Assembly: GCA_964552205.1 (NCBI GenBank)
Contig: CAZKFT010000001.1
Span: forward strand, 50,705 to 114,704
DNA: 64,000 nucleotides
Reading direction: 5' to 3'
Source: an uncultured Gammaproteobacteria bacterium
GTDB taxonomy: Bacteria > Pseudomonadota > Gammaproteobacteria > Natronospirales > JAIVGZ01
In this document: positions 52,850-61,582 of the stretch, piece by piece
How positions within the stretch are numbered: position 1 is the stretch's first letter
Layout: every line of letters begins with the position of its first letter
The notes under the pieces: generated by a model
The model's database searches: none
What the model saw: only the letters and a program-made list of their open reading frames with translations
Told to the model about the DNA's origin: nothing
Program-made: the position numbers and the translations under genes

Positions 52850-53086
52850 TCAGTCTTCGTCCTGAGGCGGGATGGGTTTGCGCGTAAACAGCGCGATAAT
52901 GCGTTCCCTGATACTGCGAACACCTGCCATGACTGCTGCTACGCCGGCAATCAGGCCCTGGATTATCAGGCTGCCCGTGACGGGATCGATGTAGGCATGC
53001 GCCTCCAATGGGATTGCCGTCAGGAGGAATATCACGACAACAGTGTTCAGAGTTCGCATGGCATTCAACCGCGTATCCGTTATCAT
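52850..53086 (-). CDS. small secreted/membrane protein (signal peptide + YIDPVTGS motif + TM helix)
   Basis: If the start is at 53059, it has a signal peptide MRTLNTVVVIFLLTAIPLEAHA. The mature part is YIDPVTGSLIIQGLIAGVAAVMAGV followed by a basic tail. It lies 26 nt upstream of the methyltransferase. The start is unresolved (53086 or 53059). Confidence 0.45.
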   Translation of the reverse strand: MITDTRLNAMRTLNTVVVIFLLTAIPLEAHAYIDPVTGSLIIQGLIAGVAAVMAGVRSIRERIIALFTRKPIPPQDED

Positions 53087-53138
53087 GGGGCCAGAATATC
53101 ACCTTCCCATGGATTTCGCAGGTATGGAGTCGACGACC

Positions 53139-54263
53139 ATGAAGGCACTAGTTTATGGTGTGATAGTAGTCGGTGTGACCGTTGCAGGGCCGGTTGTGGC
53201 CGAAACCTATCAGTCCACCCACCACTCCTTCCGGACAGCCACCCTACTTGAAGGGCTTGAGCATCCGTGGAGTATCGCTTTTCTTCCGGATGGTGGTTGG
53301 CTAATCACCGAACGACCCGGGCGGTTGCGGTTTGTCCGTGATGGGCAACTGCTTGACCACCCAGTATCAGGGGTGCCCCCGGTTCATGCGGAGGGTCAAG
53401 GTGGTTTGCTTGATGTGGTCCTCCACCCCAGATTTTCCGACAACGGATTGGTTTACCTGAGTTACTCCAAGCGGTGTACGGAGTCAGGAAACACCACGGC
53501 AGTGGGCCGGGGCGTATGGCGTGATGGCGCATTGCACGGGTTCGAGGAACTCTATGAAGCGGATGCCTGTGCTCCGCGGGGACGCCATCATGGATCGCGC
53601 ATCGTATTCGACAATGACGGTTACATGTTCGTCACGGTCGGTGACCGGGGCGTTCAGGACCGCGCCCAGGAGCTTTCGGACAATATCGGTGTTGTACTTC
53701 GCCTGAACGATGACGGCAGTATTCCGAAGGATAATCCATTTGTCGGGAACCCCGAGGTCCATGATGCCAACTGGTCCGTCGGACACCGGAATGCACAGGG
53801 CATTGCGGTACACCCGGAGACTGGGGATATCTGGTCACACGAACATGGCCCTCGCGGCGGAGATGAGTTGAATCTGGTGCGTCGAGGACGGAACTATGGA
53901 TGGCCGGTTGCGACATTCGGAATCGAGTACAACGGCCGCACCATAAGTGAAATCACACACCAGCAGGCAGGAATGGAGCCGCCGGTAAAGCAGTGGACCC
54001 CTTCCATTGCTCCAAGTGGGCTCGCCATTTACGTGGGCGATGCATTTCCGACTTGGCGGAATGATTTTTTCGTTGGTGCACTTGCCCACCAGCAGGTTGT
54101 ACGTATCCGCTTTGATGGTCACGTCGAAATCGAAGAGGAGAAGTTGCTGGACCGCACGCATGGGAGGATCCGCGATGTGCGGGTTGGGCCCGACGGATTG
54201 ATTTATGTCCTGACGGATGATCGCAACGGCCGCTTGATTCGCTTGGAACCAATTGACAGATAG
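53139..54263 (+). CDS. PQQ-dependent soluble sugar (glucose/sorbosone) dehydrogenase, YliI-like
   Basis: It has a signal peptide and beta-propeller motifs (LEHPWSIAFLPDG, GHRNAQGIAVHP, EHGPRGGDELN, RDVRVGPDG). GGAG lies 9 nt upstream of the ATG at 53139. Confidence 0.8.
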   Translation: MKALVYGVIVVGVTVAGPVVAETYQSTHHSFRTATLLEGLEHPWSIAFLPDGGWLITERPGRLRFVRDGQLLDHPVSGVPPVHAEGQGGLLDVVLHPRFSDNGLVYLSYSKRCTESGNTTAVGRGVWRDGALHGFEELYEADACAPRGRHHGSRIVFDNDGYMFVTVGDRGVQDRAQELSDNIGVVLRLNDDGSIPKDNPFVGNPEVHDANWSVGHRNAQGIAVHPETGDIWSHEHGPRGGDELNLVRRGRNYGWPVATFGIEYNGRTISEITHQQAGMEPPVKQWTPSIAPSGLAIYVGDAFPTWRNDFFVGALAHQQVVRIRFDGHVEIEEEKLLDRTHGRIRDVRVGPDGLIYVLTDDRNGRLIRLEPIDR

Positions 54264-55563
54264 AATCGTGGGCGCGAGTGATGCAGGCCAGGAGAAGCTG
54301 GTACGCCAGTTGGGGGTCTGGGGCATCTGGCTGTTGGCGGTCAACAGCATGGTTGGCGCTGGCATTTTCGGCGTACCGGCGGGTGCTGCGGCACTGCTTG
54401 GGCCGTGGAGCCCTTTGGTATTCGTGGGCTGCGGTTTGTTGCTCGGCGCGGTCATCTTGTGCTTCGCGGAGTTGGCAAGTTATTTCCGCAGTACCGGTGG
54501 TCCCATTCTGTACATGCAGTCCGCGTTCGGGCCCTTGGCTGGGTTCCAGACCGGTTGGGCGTTCTACGTTGCGCGCGTGACCGCGTTCGCGGCCAACCTG
54601 AACCTGTTGGTCGCCTCTATCGCGTTTTTCTGGGAAGGCGCTACCGGCGGTGTGGAGCGCGTGCTGCTCATGGCTGTCATTGTCGGCGCGTTGGCTTGGG
54701 TCAATGTGATCGGTGTCCGCGAGGCCATGCGGTCAATCGGTGTACTGACGGTTCTGAAGTTCTTGCCTCTCATCTTGCTGGTAGTGTTCGGGATTACACG
54801 TATCGACGGTGAGGCGCTGCCACTCGCAAGCACGCCATTCCCTGCCGCAATGGATATCGGCACTGCAGCCTTGTTGGTGATCTATGCGTTTGTAGGCTGG
54901 GAGGCAGCAGTGGTGCCTGCCGGGGAAACCCGCAACCCGTCGCGTGATGTTCCACGGGCGTTGTTCTGGGCGCTCGGGCTGGTCACACTCCTATATGTGG
55001 CGGTGCAGACCGTTGCAGTTGCCGTGTTGCCGGACCTTGCCACCTCCGAGCGTGCATTGGTCGAGGTAGGGGCAGTGTTGTTTGGGCCTGTGGGCGCCAT
55101 ACTTCTGACCGCCGGTATCGTCGTTTCTGTCGGCGGGAACATCGCGGGGACGATGTTCACTGCACCGCGCATCACCTACTCGATGGCGCGAGAGGGCGGC
55201 TTGCCGCGCTGGTTCTCGGAGGTTCACCCTCATCACCGGACGCCGCGCAACTCAGTGGTATTTCTGGCCGTGCTGGTCTTTGTGCTTGCTGTCTATGGTT
55301 CCTTCATCTGGCTTGCTGCCATGAGCGCACTGGTACGGGTACTCATCTACATGGGCTGCATCGCGGCCATGCCGAGATTGAGGAAGCGCCATGGGTTCCA
55401 GACGGACGCCTTCCGAACTCCCGGTGGCTGGTCCATACCAGTGGGGGCATTCCTGGTCTGCGGCCTCTTGCTGACCCAAGTGAGCGCCCAGTCTGTGATG
55501 GTGACTTCCGTGTTTCTGCTCGCAGGTGCGGTGCTCTATTGGCTGGTACGTCAACGGGCATGA
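54253..55563 (+). CDS. APC superfamily amino acid permease
   Basis: It has about 12 TM helices and the N-terminal NSMVGAGIFGVP motif typical of APC transporters. The start is uncertain (TTG 54253 or GTG 54268). Confidence 0.8.
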   Translation: MTDRIVGASDAGQEKLVRQLGVWGIWLLAVNSMVGAGIFGVPAGAAALLGPWSPLVFVGCGLLLGAVILCFAELASYFRSTGGPILYMQSAFGPLAGFQTGWAFYVARVTAFAANLNLLVASIAFFWEGATGGVERVLLMAVIVGALAWVNVIGVREAMRSIGVLTVLKFLPLILLVVFGITRIDGEALPLASTPFPAAMDIGTAALLVIYAFVGWEAAVVPAGETRNPSRDVPRALFWALGLVTLLYVAVQTVAVAVLPDLATSERALVEVGAVLFGPVGAILLTAGIVVSVGGNIAGTMFTAPRITYSMAREGGLPRWFSEVHPHHRTPRNSVVFLAVLVFVLAVYGSFIWLAAMSALVRVLIYMGCIAAMPRLRKRHGFQTDAFRTPGGWSIPVGAFLVCGLLLTQVSAQSVMVTSVFLLAGAVLYWLVRQRA

Positions 55564-56711
55564 CCAGATGGGCGCTGCCCCTCGCAGTTGCGTTGGCACT
55601 GTGCGGGTGTGAATCACGACCTGCGGCTGACACCCCGGAGATATCAATGGAGTTGGGAGAAGTTTCGGGCTCTCATATGACTCTGGCTTACCTGTCTTCC
55701 ACCCCCATTGAGACTTTGCGATTTCACGAGACAGGCGGGTATTTCAGGGAGCGCAGATGGGAGGTTCTGACTGCAGGGTATGTCATTGCGCGTGACGGGG
55801 CTGCCCAGCTTGTGCAAGTAGACGACGGTGCGGAAGCTCAGCTAGCGGTGGAGGTGAGAGTCAACCTGGAAGCCGATTCACACCCGCGCAGGTATGACCA
55901 TGCTGTACGTTTCACCAACGGCTGGACTGCGATCTATTCGGGGTATCTTGATGCCGTGGGTATGGTGGCCAGCAAACCAACCTACATCGTGCTCGGACTC
56001 GCAGATTGGAATGAGGGCGGCGGCATCCGTTACCTGGTCGATCCGGCGCTACCGGAGTGGATGAGCTATTCCACCATGCGGCACCTCCCTAGCATTCTTG
56101 AAGTGTACCGCGAGCGCTTCGAGCTCGAGCTGGGGGTTCCGGTGCAGGTGTTGATAAGTTTTCATCCGCACTCCGATGTTACGGAACTAAGGGGTGCGGC
56201 ACTCCCTGGGCAGATCCACGTCGGGGTGCATGGAACGGAGTGGCAAGAAGATTCCCCTTGGGCTGAGCGGCGCTTGCATCAATTGATTGCCCATGAAGCA
56301 GCGCACCTGTGGAACGCAGGGCTTGTGCGCTATGCCGAAGGTACCTCGCCATCATTGTACGAAGGCGGTGCCGAGGCGCTGGGTATACGTGCCTTGTTCA
56401 CCCTTGGGCTGGTTGACGATGCGATGATGTTGGCGAGCGCAGACGAGGTCGCTGAGCGTTGCCTCGCTGGGACCGTACGCCGCGACTATGCCTGCGGACA
56501 CGACCATGCAAACCAGATTGAAAGGCAATCACTGGCCCAGGGTGGACCGGATCTCTTCAGCTTGTGGGGTCAGCTATTGCGCGACGCGCAGTCCGGTGAC
56601 GGACATTACGACGAGCACGCCTGGGAGGCCGTAGTGGCCTCCGCAGGCGCGGGCATCAGTCCTTGTCGTGGTGATACAGGTGCACATCGCGCTGTGGGAA
56701 CGGGATGCTGA
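55560..56711 (+). CDS. putative lipoprotein with gluzincin zinc-peptidase motif (HEXXH-X18-E)
   Basis: It has a lipobox (LALCGC) after the ATG at 55560, which overlaps the permease stop as ATGA. HEAAH (56292-56306) is followed 18 residues later by E (LYEGG), the M1-type spacing. I recognise no other family signature. Confidence 0.55.
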   Translation: MTRWALPLAVALALCGCESRPAADTPEISMELGEVSGSHMTLAYLSSTPIETLRFHETGGYFRERRWEVLTAGYVIARDGAAQLVQVDDGAEAQLAVEVRVNLEADSHPRRYDHAVRFTNGWTAIYSGYLDAVGMVASKPTYIVLGLADWNEGGGIRYLVDPALPEWMSYSTMRHLPSILEVYRERFELELGVPVQVLISFHPHSDVTELRGAALPGQIHVGVHGTEWQEDSPWAERRLHQLIAHEAAHLWNAGLVRYAEGTSPSLYEGGAEALGIRALFTLGLVDDAMMLASADEVAERCLAGTVRRDYACGHDHANQIERQSLAQGGPDLFSLWGQLLRDAQSGDGHYDEHAWEAVVASAGAGISPCRGDTGAHRAVGTGC

Positions 56712-57477
56712 TGCCTTCCTTGTCAAAACGCTTCTTGATGGCCTCCGTCAAGTCCCAATAGACCGCCCAGTAATCCTCGGTATTCACCCAGGGGCGAACA
56801 ATCCAGTCAATGCTTGAGTCACCGTGGGCATGCATCTTGATGGTTGGTGCCGGGTCTTTGAGCACGCGCTCATCCGCGTCAAGAATGCTGGCCAATGTTA
56901 CTCGCACCTTGTCGGCATCATCGTCGTAGCTGACACTCGCAGTCAGGTCCACACGGCGAGTCGGGTGGGACGAATAATTGACAATCGTGCCGCCCATCAT
57001 CTGACCATTGGGTACGACGATGCGCTTGTTGTCCGGCGACTTGAGTATGGTGGTGAAAATCTGTACTTCTTCGACCACACCCGCGACGCCTCCTCCCTCC
57101 ACGAAGTCCCCAATCCGGTAGGGCCGGAAGATGATGAGGAGCACGCCCGCCGCAAAATTGGCCAGCGAACCCTGTAATGCCAGCCCTACGGCGAGGCCAG
57201 CGGCACCGATGATCGCAATCAGTGAAGTCGTCTGCACGCCCAGCTGCCCGACGGCTGCCAGAACCACAAACACCAGCAGGATGGTGTGGACGATATTCGC
57301 TGCGAACTTAACCAGCACTGGTTCTACGCTTGCTCGTTCCATTGCCTTGATGACGAGGCCTTTCAGCGCTTTGGTAATCCATCGTCCAATCAAGAAGATT
57401 GCAATCGCGGCGACAATGTTCATTCCGAAATGCGCGCCAGATTCCGAGATTGACGCCAATAATGCATCTGTATCCAT
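56656..57477 (-). CDS. mscS: small-conductance mechanosensitive channel MscS
   Basis: It is co-linear with E. coli MscS (GAAGLAVGLALQGSLANFAAGVLLIIFRP, VQIFTTILKSPDNKRIVVPNG, ISIPFPQRDVHL). GGGAG lies 5 nt upstream of the ATG at 57477. Confidence 0.85.
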   Translation of the reverse strand: MDTDALLASISESGAHFGMNIVAAIAIFLIGRWITKALKGLVIKAMERASVEPVLVKFAANIVHTILLVFVVLAAVGQLGVQTTSLIAIIGAAGLAVGLALQGSLANFAAGVLLIIFRPYRIGDFVEGGGVAGVVEEVQIFTTILKSPDNKRIVVPNGQMMGGTIVNYSSHPTRRVDLTASVSYDDDADKVRVTLASILDADERVLKDPAPTIKMHAHGDSSIDWIVRPWVNTEDYWAVYWDLTEAIKKRFDKEGISIPFPQRDVHLYHHDKD

Positions 57478-57497
57478 GGGGCTCCCATCCTTCATGG

Positions 57498-58511
57498 TTA
57501 TTTGCCTAACATGTACATTTGCCACAGTTCCTTGTGGCTGATGCGAAGCAATGGCTCGATGGCAAGTCTGCCGACGGTGCCGATGCTAGCTTCCAGATAT
57601 TTCAATTCCTGGAACATCGACTTGACGAGATTATCCGGCTCCGGATTGAATCCCGCTTCGCGCATCATCAGCAAGCCTTTTGCTCGCAAGGAAAGCTCCG
57701 TGTAGAGGCGAAGATAGCACAACAAGTCAGCCACAATTGGTCCGTGAAATCTGTCTCGTAGTTCGTGCAGGTAACGCCCGACAGGTGAATCGGACAGCTG
57801 CCCGGAGTTGATTAATGCAAGCAACTCCGCGTCGGTATCGAAGCCGGTGCCTAGCCAAAGTCGCATCTCCTTCTCGCTCTCCTGGAAAATCATGTACATC
57901 AGTGGCGGCAGGATGACCAGGATTCCCAGGGTTGAGAAGATGGGTGAGAAGAAGAAGTGATTGAAAATCGAATGCAACACCACCGCAACAATCATGCCCG
58001 GTGTAAAGGCGGCCACCCCTGCTGAGCCACCCTTGTCGACCACCGCCAACCCCATCATGGCGAAAATTCCGGTAGCGCCACCGTGCATGATTGCGGTGCC
58101 GAAACCACGCACAATCCAGACACCAACATGCTCATCGGGAAACATACGCAGGTAATACACGTTCTCGATTACGGCGAAGCCCGCGCCAACCGCAAAGCCG
58201 AATATGGCCGCATCGATCAGGAACCCTATGCGCCGAGCCCGGATAAGGGCGACGATGACAGCCCCCTTCAGGATCTCCTCGACCAAGGGCGCGATGTACC
58301 GCGACAGCATGGTCCGATCCACATCGAACAGTGCTACCAGTTGTTGGTTAACGAGGTAGCTGAGCCCAGCCACGCAGGTCCCCGCGAGGATGACAAAAAT
58401 GACTGACTTGAGGCTGACGAGCTTGAAACTGTCCAGCGCTAACAGAGCAGCAAGAAACCCCAGAACCGGCAAAATGCCAATTGCCAGGCCGATGAGAAAA
58501 TCAGCGCTCAC
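57498..58511 (-). CDS. prsW: PrsW family intramembrane metalloprotease
   Basis: It is polytopic with the PrsW motifs (PLVEEILKG, FGFAVGAGFAVIEN, TAIMHGGATG) plus a ~120-aa cytoplasmic tail. The GTG start directly abuts the stop of the upstream gene (TGA-GTG). Confidence 0.75.
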   Translation of the reverse strand: MSADFLIGLAIGILPVLGFLAALLALDSFKLVSLKSVIFVILAGTCVAGLSYLVNQQLVALFDVDRTMLSRYIAPLVEEILKGAVIVALIRARRIGFLIDAAIFGFAVGAGFAVIENVYYLRMFPDEHVGVWIVRGFGTAIMHGGATGIFAMMGLAVVDKGGSAGVAAFTPGMIVAVVLHSIFNHFFFSPIFSTLGILVILPPLMYMIFQESEKEMRLWLGTGFDTDAELLALINSGQLSDSPVGRYLHELRDRFHGPIVADLLCYLRLYTELSLRAKGLLMMREAGFNPEPDNLVKSMFQELKYLEASIGTVGRLAIEPLLRISHKELWQMYMLGK

Positions 58512-61460
58512 TCAGAGTATCTTCAGCGAAAGCATCCACTCGCTACCGGCGCGGTCCCGCCCCTGGAAGCCGACGGCATATCCTGCCGACAAGGTCATGT
58601 CGAACCAGTGCAAAACCGTGAACCGCAAGTCAATCTGCGTGCCGACAGTCGCATAGTTGCGCCGCCGCAAGGTGCTGTCGGGCTCTGTCGACAGCAAGGA
58701 GACAAACAGGGCAGGGCGCAGCCATGTCAGGTATGCGCCCGGAGAACCGACATTCTCGAAGACCTTCGGGGGCAGGTTCAGTTCGACAGTGTGCCTTGCG
58801 AAATTGCGGCCACCCAGTTCGTTGATTTCGAATCCCGGGAACGAGAAATGCTCGCGGTAGCGTTTGATCGACCCACTGTCCACATAGTTGTTCCCGAAGC
58901 CGCCGAAATAGTGATTGGCAAACGGGTTGGTGCGGTTGCCGAAGCCGAAGCCGAGTGCGCTCCGGAACCAGATGGAGGAGTGGTCCATGGGCAGGGGAAT
59001 GCCGAAGTCATAAGCACCACGCACGGTGGCCACGGTTTCCCCGCCAGCATTGCTGAAGTTCGCGACTGCGTTCCAGGTCACACCCTTTTCATCGTCCACT
59101 GCCCCGAGGGAACGTAGGGTATGGGAGAAATGAAGCCCCGTCTGAAGCGAGATGAGACGGTCGAAAGCCGTGCCGATATTCTGGAAGTCCGGGAGCGTAT
59201 CCAGATTGGTGTAAATCGCGAAGTCAGTACGCCAGTCCAGTGTGCGCGGGCTGTCGAAGACGATGGAATGGTCATAGCCGAGCGTGGCCGCCATGCCTTT
59301 GCGGCTACGTTGAGTTGGACCAAAAATGTCGTAGAAGTCCGACCTGTTCCAGGACAATCCAGCGCGCCATGAAAGGTATTGGTACCGTAGCGCGATGTGT
59401 CCGCGCTCATTCGAGGGCAGGCCACCATCCGGCGTGTACGCAACCGTGATGCCCAGGTTGGCCAGATTGAGGGGGTCTGCGATGTTGGCGTGAACACCGA
59501 GGCCGATGGTTTCCTTGTAACCCTGTAGCACCGGATACAGGCTTTGAAGACCAAGTTCACGAAGCGGCACATAAGGACCAGACCCAGTAATCAGCTCATC
59601 CGGGTTGACGGTACTTGGTGGCGCTACCTGCCAGGTTGTCACCACCGGGTGTTTGCGAGCGAGCTCAGCGCCGAGGAAGGTTATCGCACTGACCGACTCC
59701 AGAGGCTGGGGGTCAATCAGTACAGGCGTGAAGCCCGCCCCCGTGTAGCTGTAGGCCACCAGTTGGCCATCAGCCCGCGGTATAGGTCGGACGAAGCCCG
59801 TTTCGGCATTGGTCACCGCCGCCATTTCTCCGGTCTCGATGTCGAAGCGGAAAATGTTCGATACGCCGGTGTAGTAACTGCTCCCGTACACATACTTTCC
59901 ATCCGGGGAGAACACAAAGCCTTCAGGTACGGCTTGACCGAAGTCGAACTGGCGGTGGGCCTGCACGTTGCCCGCGAGTAACTGGTCCACTTCCCACAGG
60001 CGCAGGAACTGGTCCCCGTTCACTTCGCTGATGGACGCTGACAACATCTTTCCATCGGGCGAGATATCCAAATCATAGGGCACAACCCCGTAAGGGAAGG
60101 TGTGCACTTGGTTCCAGCTGTCGTATGGGAACGGAATTCGTACAAGAGTTGCGAGACCATTCAGGTGGCGCACCCCAATTAGTGACCGATCGGCGGGGTT
60201 GAAGGCCATCTCGCCGATGCGCGCATCCTTAAGCAGTATCCGCTCGTTGCCACTGTTGACATCAAGCGCCACGATGTCGCGCATCGAGTAGTTGTCTGTG
60301 GTGTAGAAGAGGGTGCCCGATTCGCGGTCGAATGCCGTGGAGGTGACACGGTAGAGCATCGCTCCTTTCAGGTCTGCGAGCTGGCGGATGGAACCATCCT
60401 CAAGGCTCAATGCACCAATGTGGCCAATGACGCCAGGATAACGGAACGCTCCATAAAGCAGTCCTTTCTCTTCATCGAGGAAGGACCGCGACACTGAGCC
60501 GAGTGCACGGCTGGTCAGGGCGCGATACGGCGTGATTGGGTGTTCCTGTACCCGCTCAAGGTTGCGTGTCTGGAAGTCACGCTCGAAGCGAATCCAGTCC
60601 TGCCAGCCTTCCTCCAGAGGCATTCCGAATACGCGTTCGAAGTCTGCTGAGTAGTATCGGGCGCTACCTTCATCGCGGCGAAGCCAATCCACGAGTTTCT
60701 CCGGGGAGTGCTCATAGGCCAGCCAAGTCATGAATCGGGTGCCGTAGAGATAGGCGTTGACCCCGACCTGAAAGTCGATACGCGTGCCACGAGAGACAAG
60801 CCCAAGTGGGTCGAAGAACTGCGCGTCATCGCGCACCATCGCCCGGAAGACCATCTCGTCGTAGCCGCCCTGGGCGCGACCCAGACCGCCACCCATGTAG
60901 GTTTCGAAAAAGGTTGCGCTGCCTTCGAGGTACCAGCGCGGCACGATGAAACGAGGAACCGTCAGGTAGGAGTAAAGGAGGGTTTCCGGATTGCGTCCAT
61001 CGGGCATGACCTTACCACGGAAAATCCTGCGCCAGCGTGCATCCTGCTCGGTCCACATGTCCATGGTCGCCACATGCACGAGCTCGTGGTTCATCAGCGT
61101 GTACATGCGCTCAGCGGCCGGGTAGGTCTCGAAGGTGTGTGAGAGCGGGGCGATATCGAAGCGCAGGGTGTTCACGGGCTGCGCACTCGCGGAAGCATTG
61201 CCGTAATCGCTGAAGTCCTTGAGCATGACCGTGGTCCGCTCCCAGGGCTCCCAACCGAACACCCGCCGCTGCCAACGCAGGGAATTGATGAAGGTCGGGA
61301 TGGCGTACGGGACCAGGTAGTTCAGCGTGGGGTCGAAATAAACGATGCGGACATCGTCAGTTTCCGTGGAGGTCAAGAAAAGCGGGCTGCTGTCCTCGTC
61401 CCCGGAAGCGGTCGTCGAAAGCATCAACAAACCGACCATCGCAAGTGCACGACTCAACAT
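58512..61460 (-). CDS. large secreted multi-domain protein: HEXXH peptidase-like N-domain, TolB/PD40-like beta-propeller region, C-terminal Omp85-like beta-barrel
   Basis: It has a signal peptide (MLSRALAMVGLLMLSTTASG) after the ATG at 61460, with GGAGG upstream. HELVH is at 61074-61088. The middle region has repeated ...SPDGK... propeller-blade signatures. The C-terminal ~350 aa has alternating aromatic/Gly-rich strands (FGGFGNNYVD, LSAGYAVGF). Domain calls are by eye. Confidence 0.7.
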   Translation of the reverse strand: MLSRALAMVGLLMLSTTASGDEDSSPLFLTSTETDDVRIVYFDPTLNYLVPYAIPTFINSLRWQRRVFGWEPWERTTVMLKDFSDYGNASASAQPVNTLRFDIAPLSHTFETYPAAERMYTLMNHELVHVATMDMWTEQDARWRRIFRGKVMPDGRNPETLLYSYLTVPRFIVPRWYLEGSATFFETYMGGGLGRAQGGYDEMVFRAMVRDDAQFFDPLGLVSRGTRIDFQVGVNAYLYGTRFMTWLAYEHSPEKLVDWLRRDEGSARYYSADFERVFGMPLEEGWQDWIRFERDFQTRNLERVQEHPITPYRALTSRALGSVSRSFLDEEKGLLYGAFRYPGVIGHIGALSLEDGSIRQLADLKGAMLYRVTSTAFDRESGTLFYTTDNYSMRDIVALDVNSGNERILLKDARIGEMAFNPADRSLIGVRHLNGLATLVRIPFPYDSWNQVHTFPYGVVPYDLDISPDGKMLSASISEVNGDQFLRLWEVDQLLAGNVQAHRQFDFGQAVPEGFVFSPDGKYVYGSSYYTGVSNIFRFDIETGEMAAVTNAETGFVRPIPRADGQLVAYSYTGAGFTPVLIDPQPLESVSAITFLGAELARKHPVVTTWQVAPPSTVNPDELITGSGPYVPLRELGLQSLYPVLQGYKETIGLGVHANIADPLNLANLGITVAYTPDGGLPSNERGHIALRYQYLSWRAGLSWNRSDFYDIFGPTQRSRKGMAATLGYDHSIVFDSPRTLDWRTDFAIYTNLDTLPDFQNIGTAFDRLISLQTGLHFSHTLRSLGAVDDEKGVTWNAVANFSNAGGETVATVRGAYDFGIPLPMDHSSIWFRSALGFGFGNRTNPFANHYFGGFGNNYVDSGSIKRYREHFSFPGFEINELGGRNFARHTVELNLPPKVFENVGSPGAYLTWLRPALFVSLLSTEPDSTLRRRNYATVGTQIDLRFTVLHWFDMTLSAGYAVGFQGRDRAGSEWMLSLKIL

Positions 61461-61516
61461 GTCACCCCTCCCCAGTGGCATCCGACCCTGCCACGCATGG
61501 TCGCACATTCCTGGGG

Positions 61517-61557
61517 TCAAAAAGAAACCGCCGGCCCCTGGGAGGCGACCGGCGGTT
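61517..61557 (-). terminator. Rho-independent terminator after the repeat-protein gene
   Basis: A 9-bp stem AACCGCCGG/CCGGCGGTT (61526-61534 / 61549-61557) is followed on the minus strand by TCTTTTTGA. It lies 26 nt after the stop at 61583 and about 60 nt before the next ATG. Confidence 0.6.
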
Positions 61558-61582
61558 GCTTGGACTGCTTAGACGGGCTGGA

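Noticed and set aside
49963-53086. Calling the lower-GC islet a mobile element or genomic island
   Set aside because: No integrase, transposase, tRNA target, inverted repeats or direct repeats could be identified by eye. Only the compositional shift supports foreign origin, so it is reported as a finding rather than a mobile_element feature.
61461-61520. TTG-initiated 20-codon extension of the 1002-aa ORF
   Set aside because: The ATG at 61460 has a GGAGG Shine-Dalgarno and yields a canonical signal peptide. The extension starts right at the upstream terminator tail.
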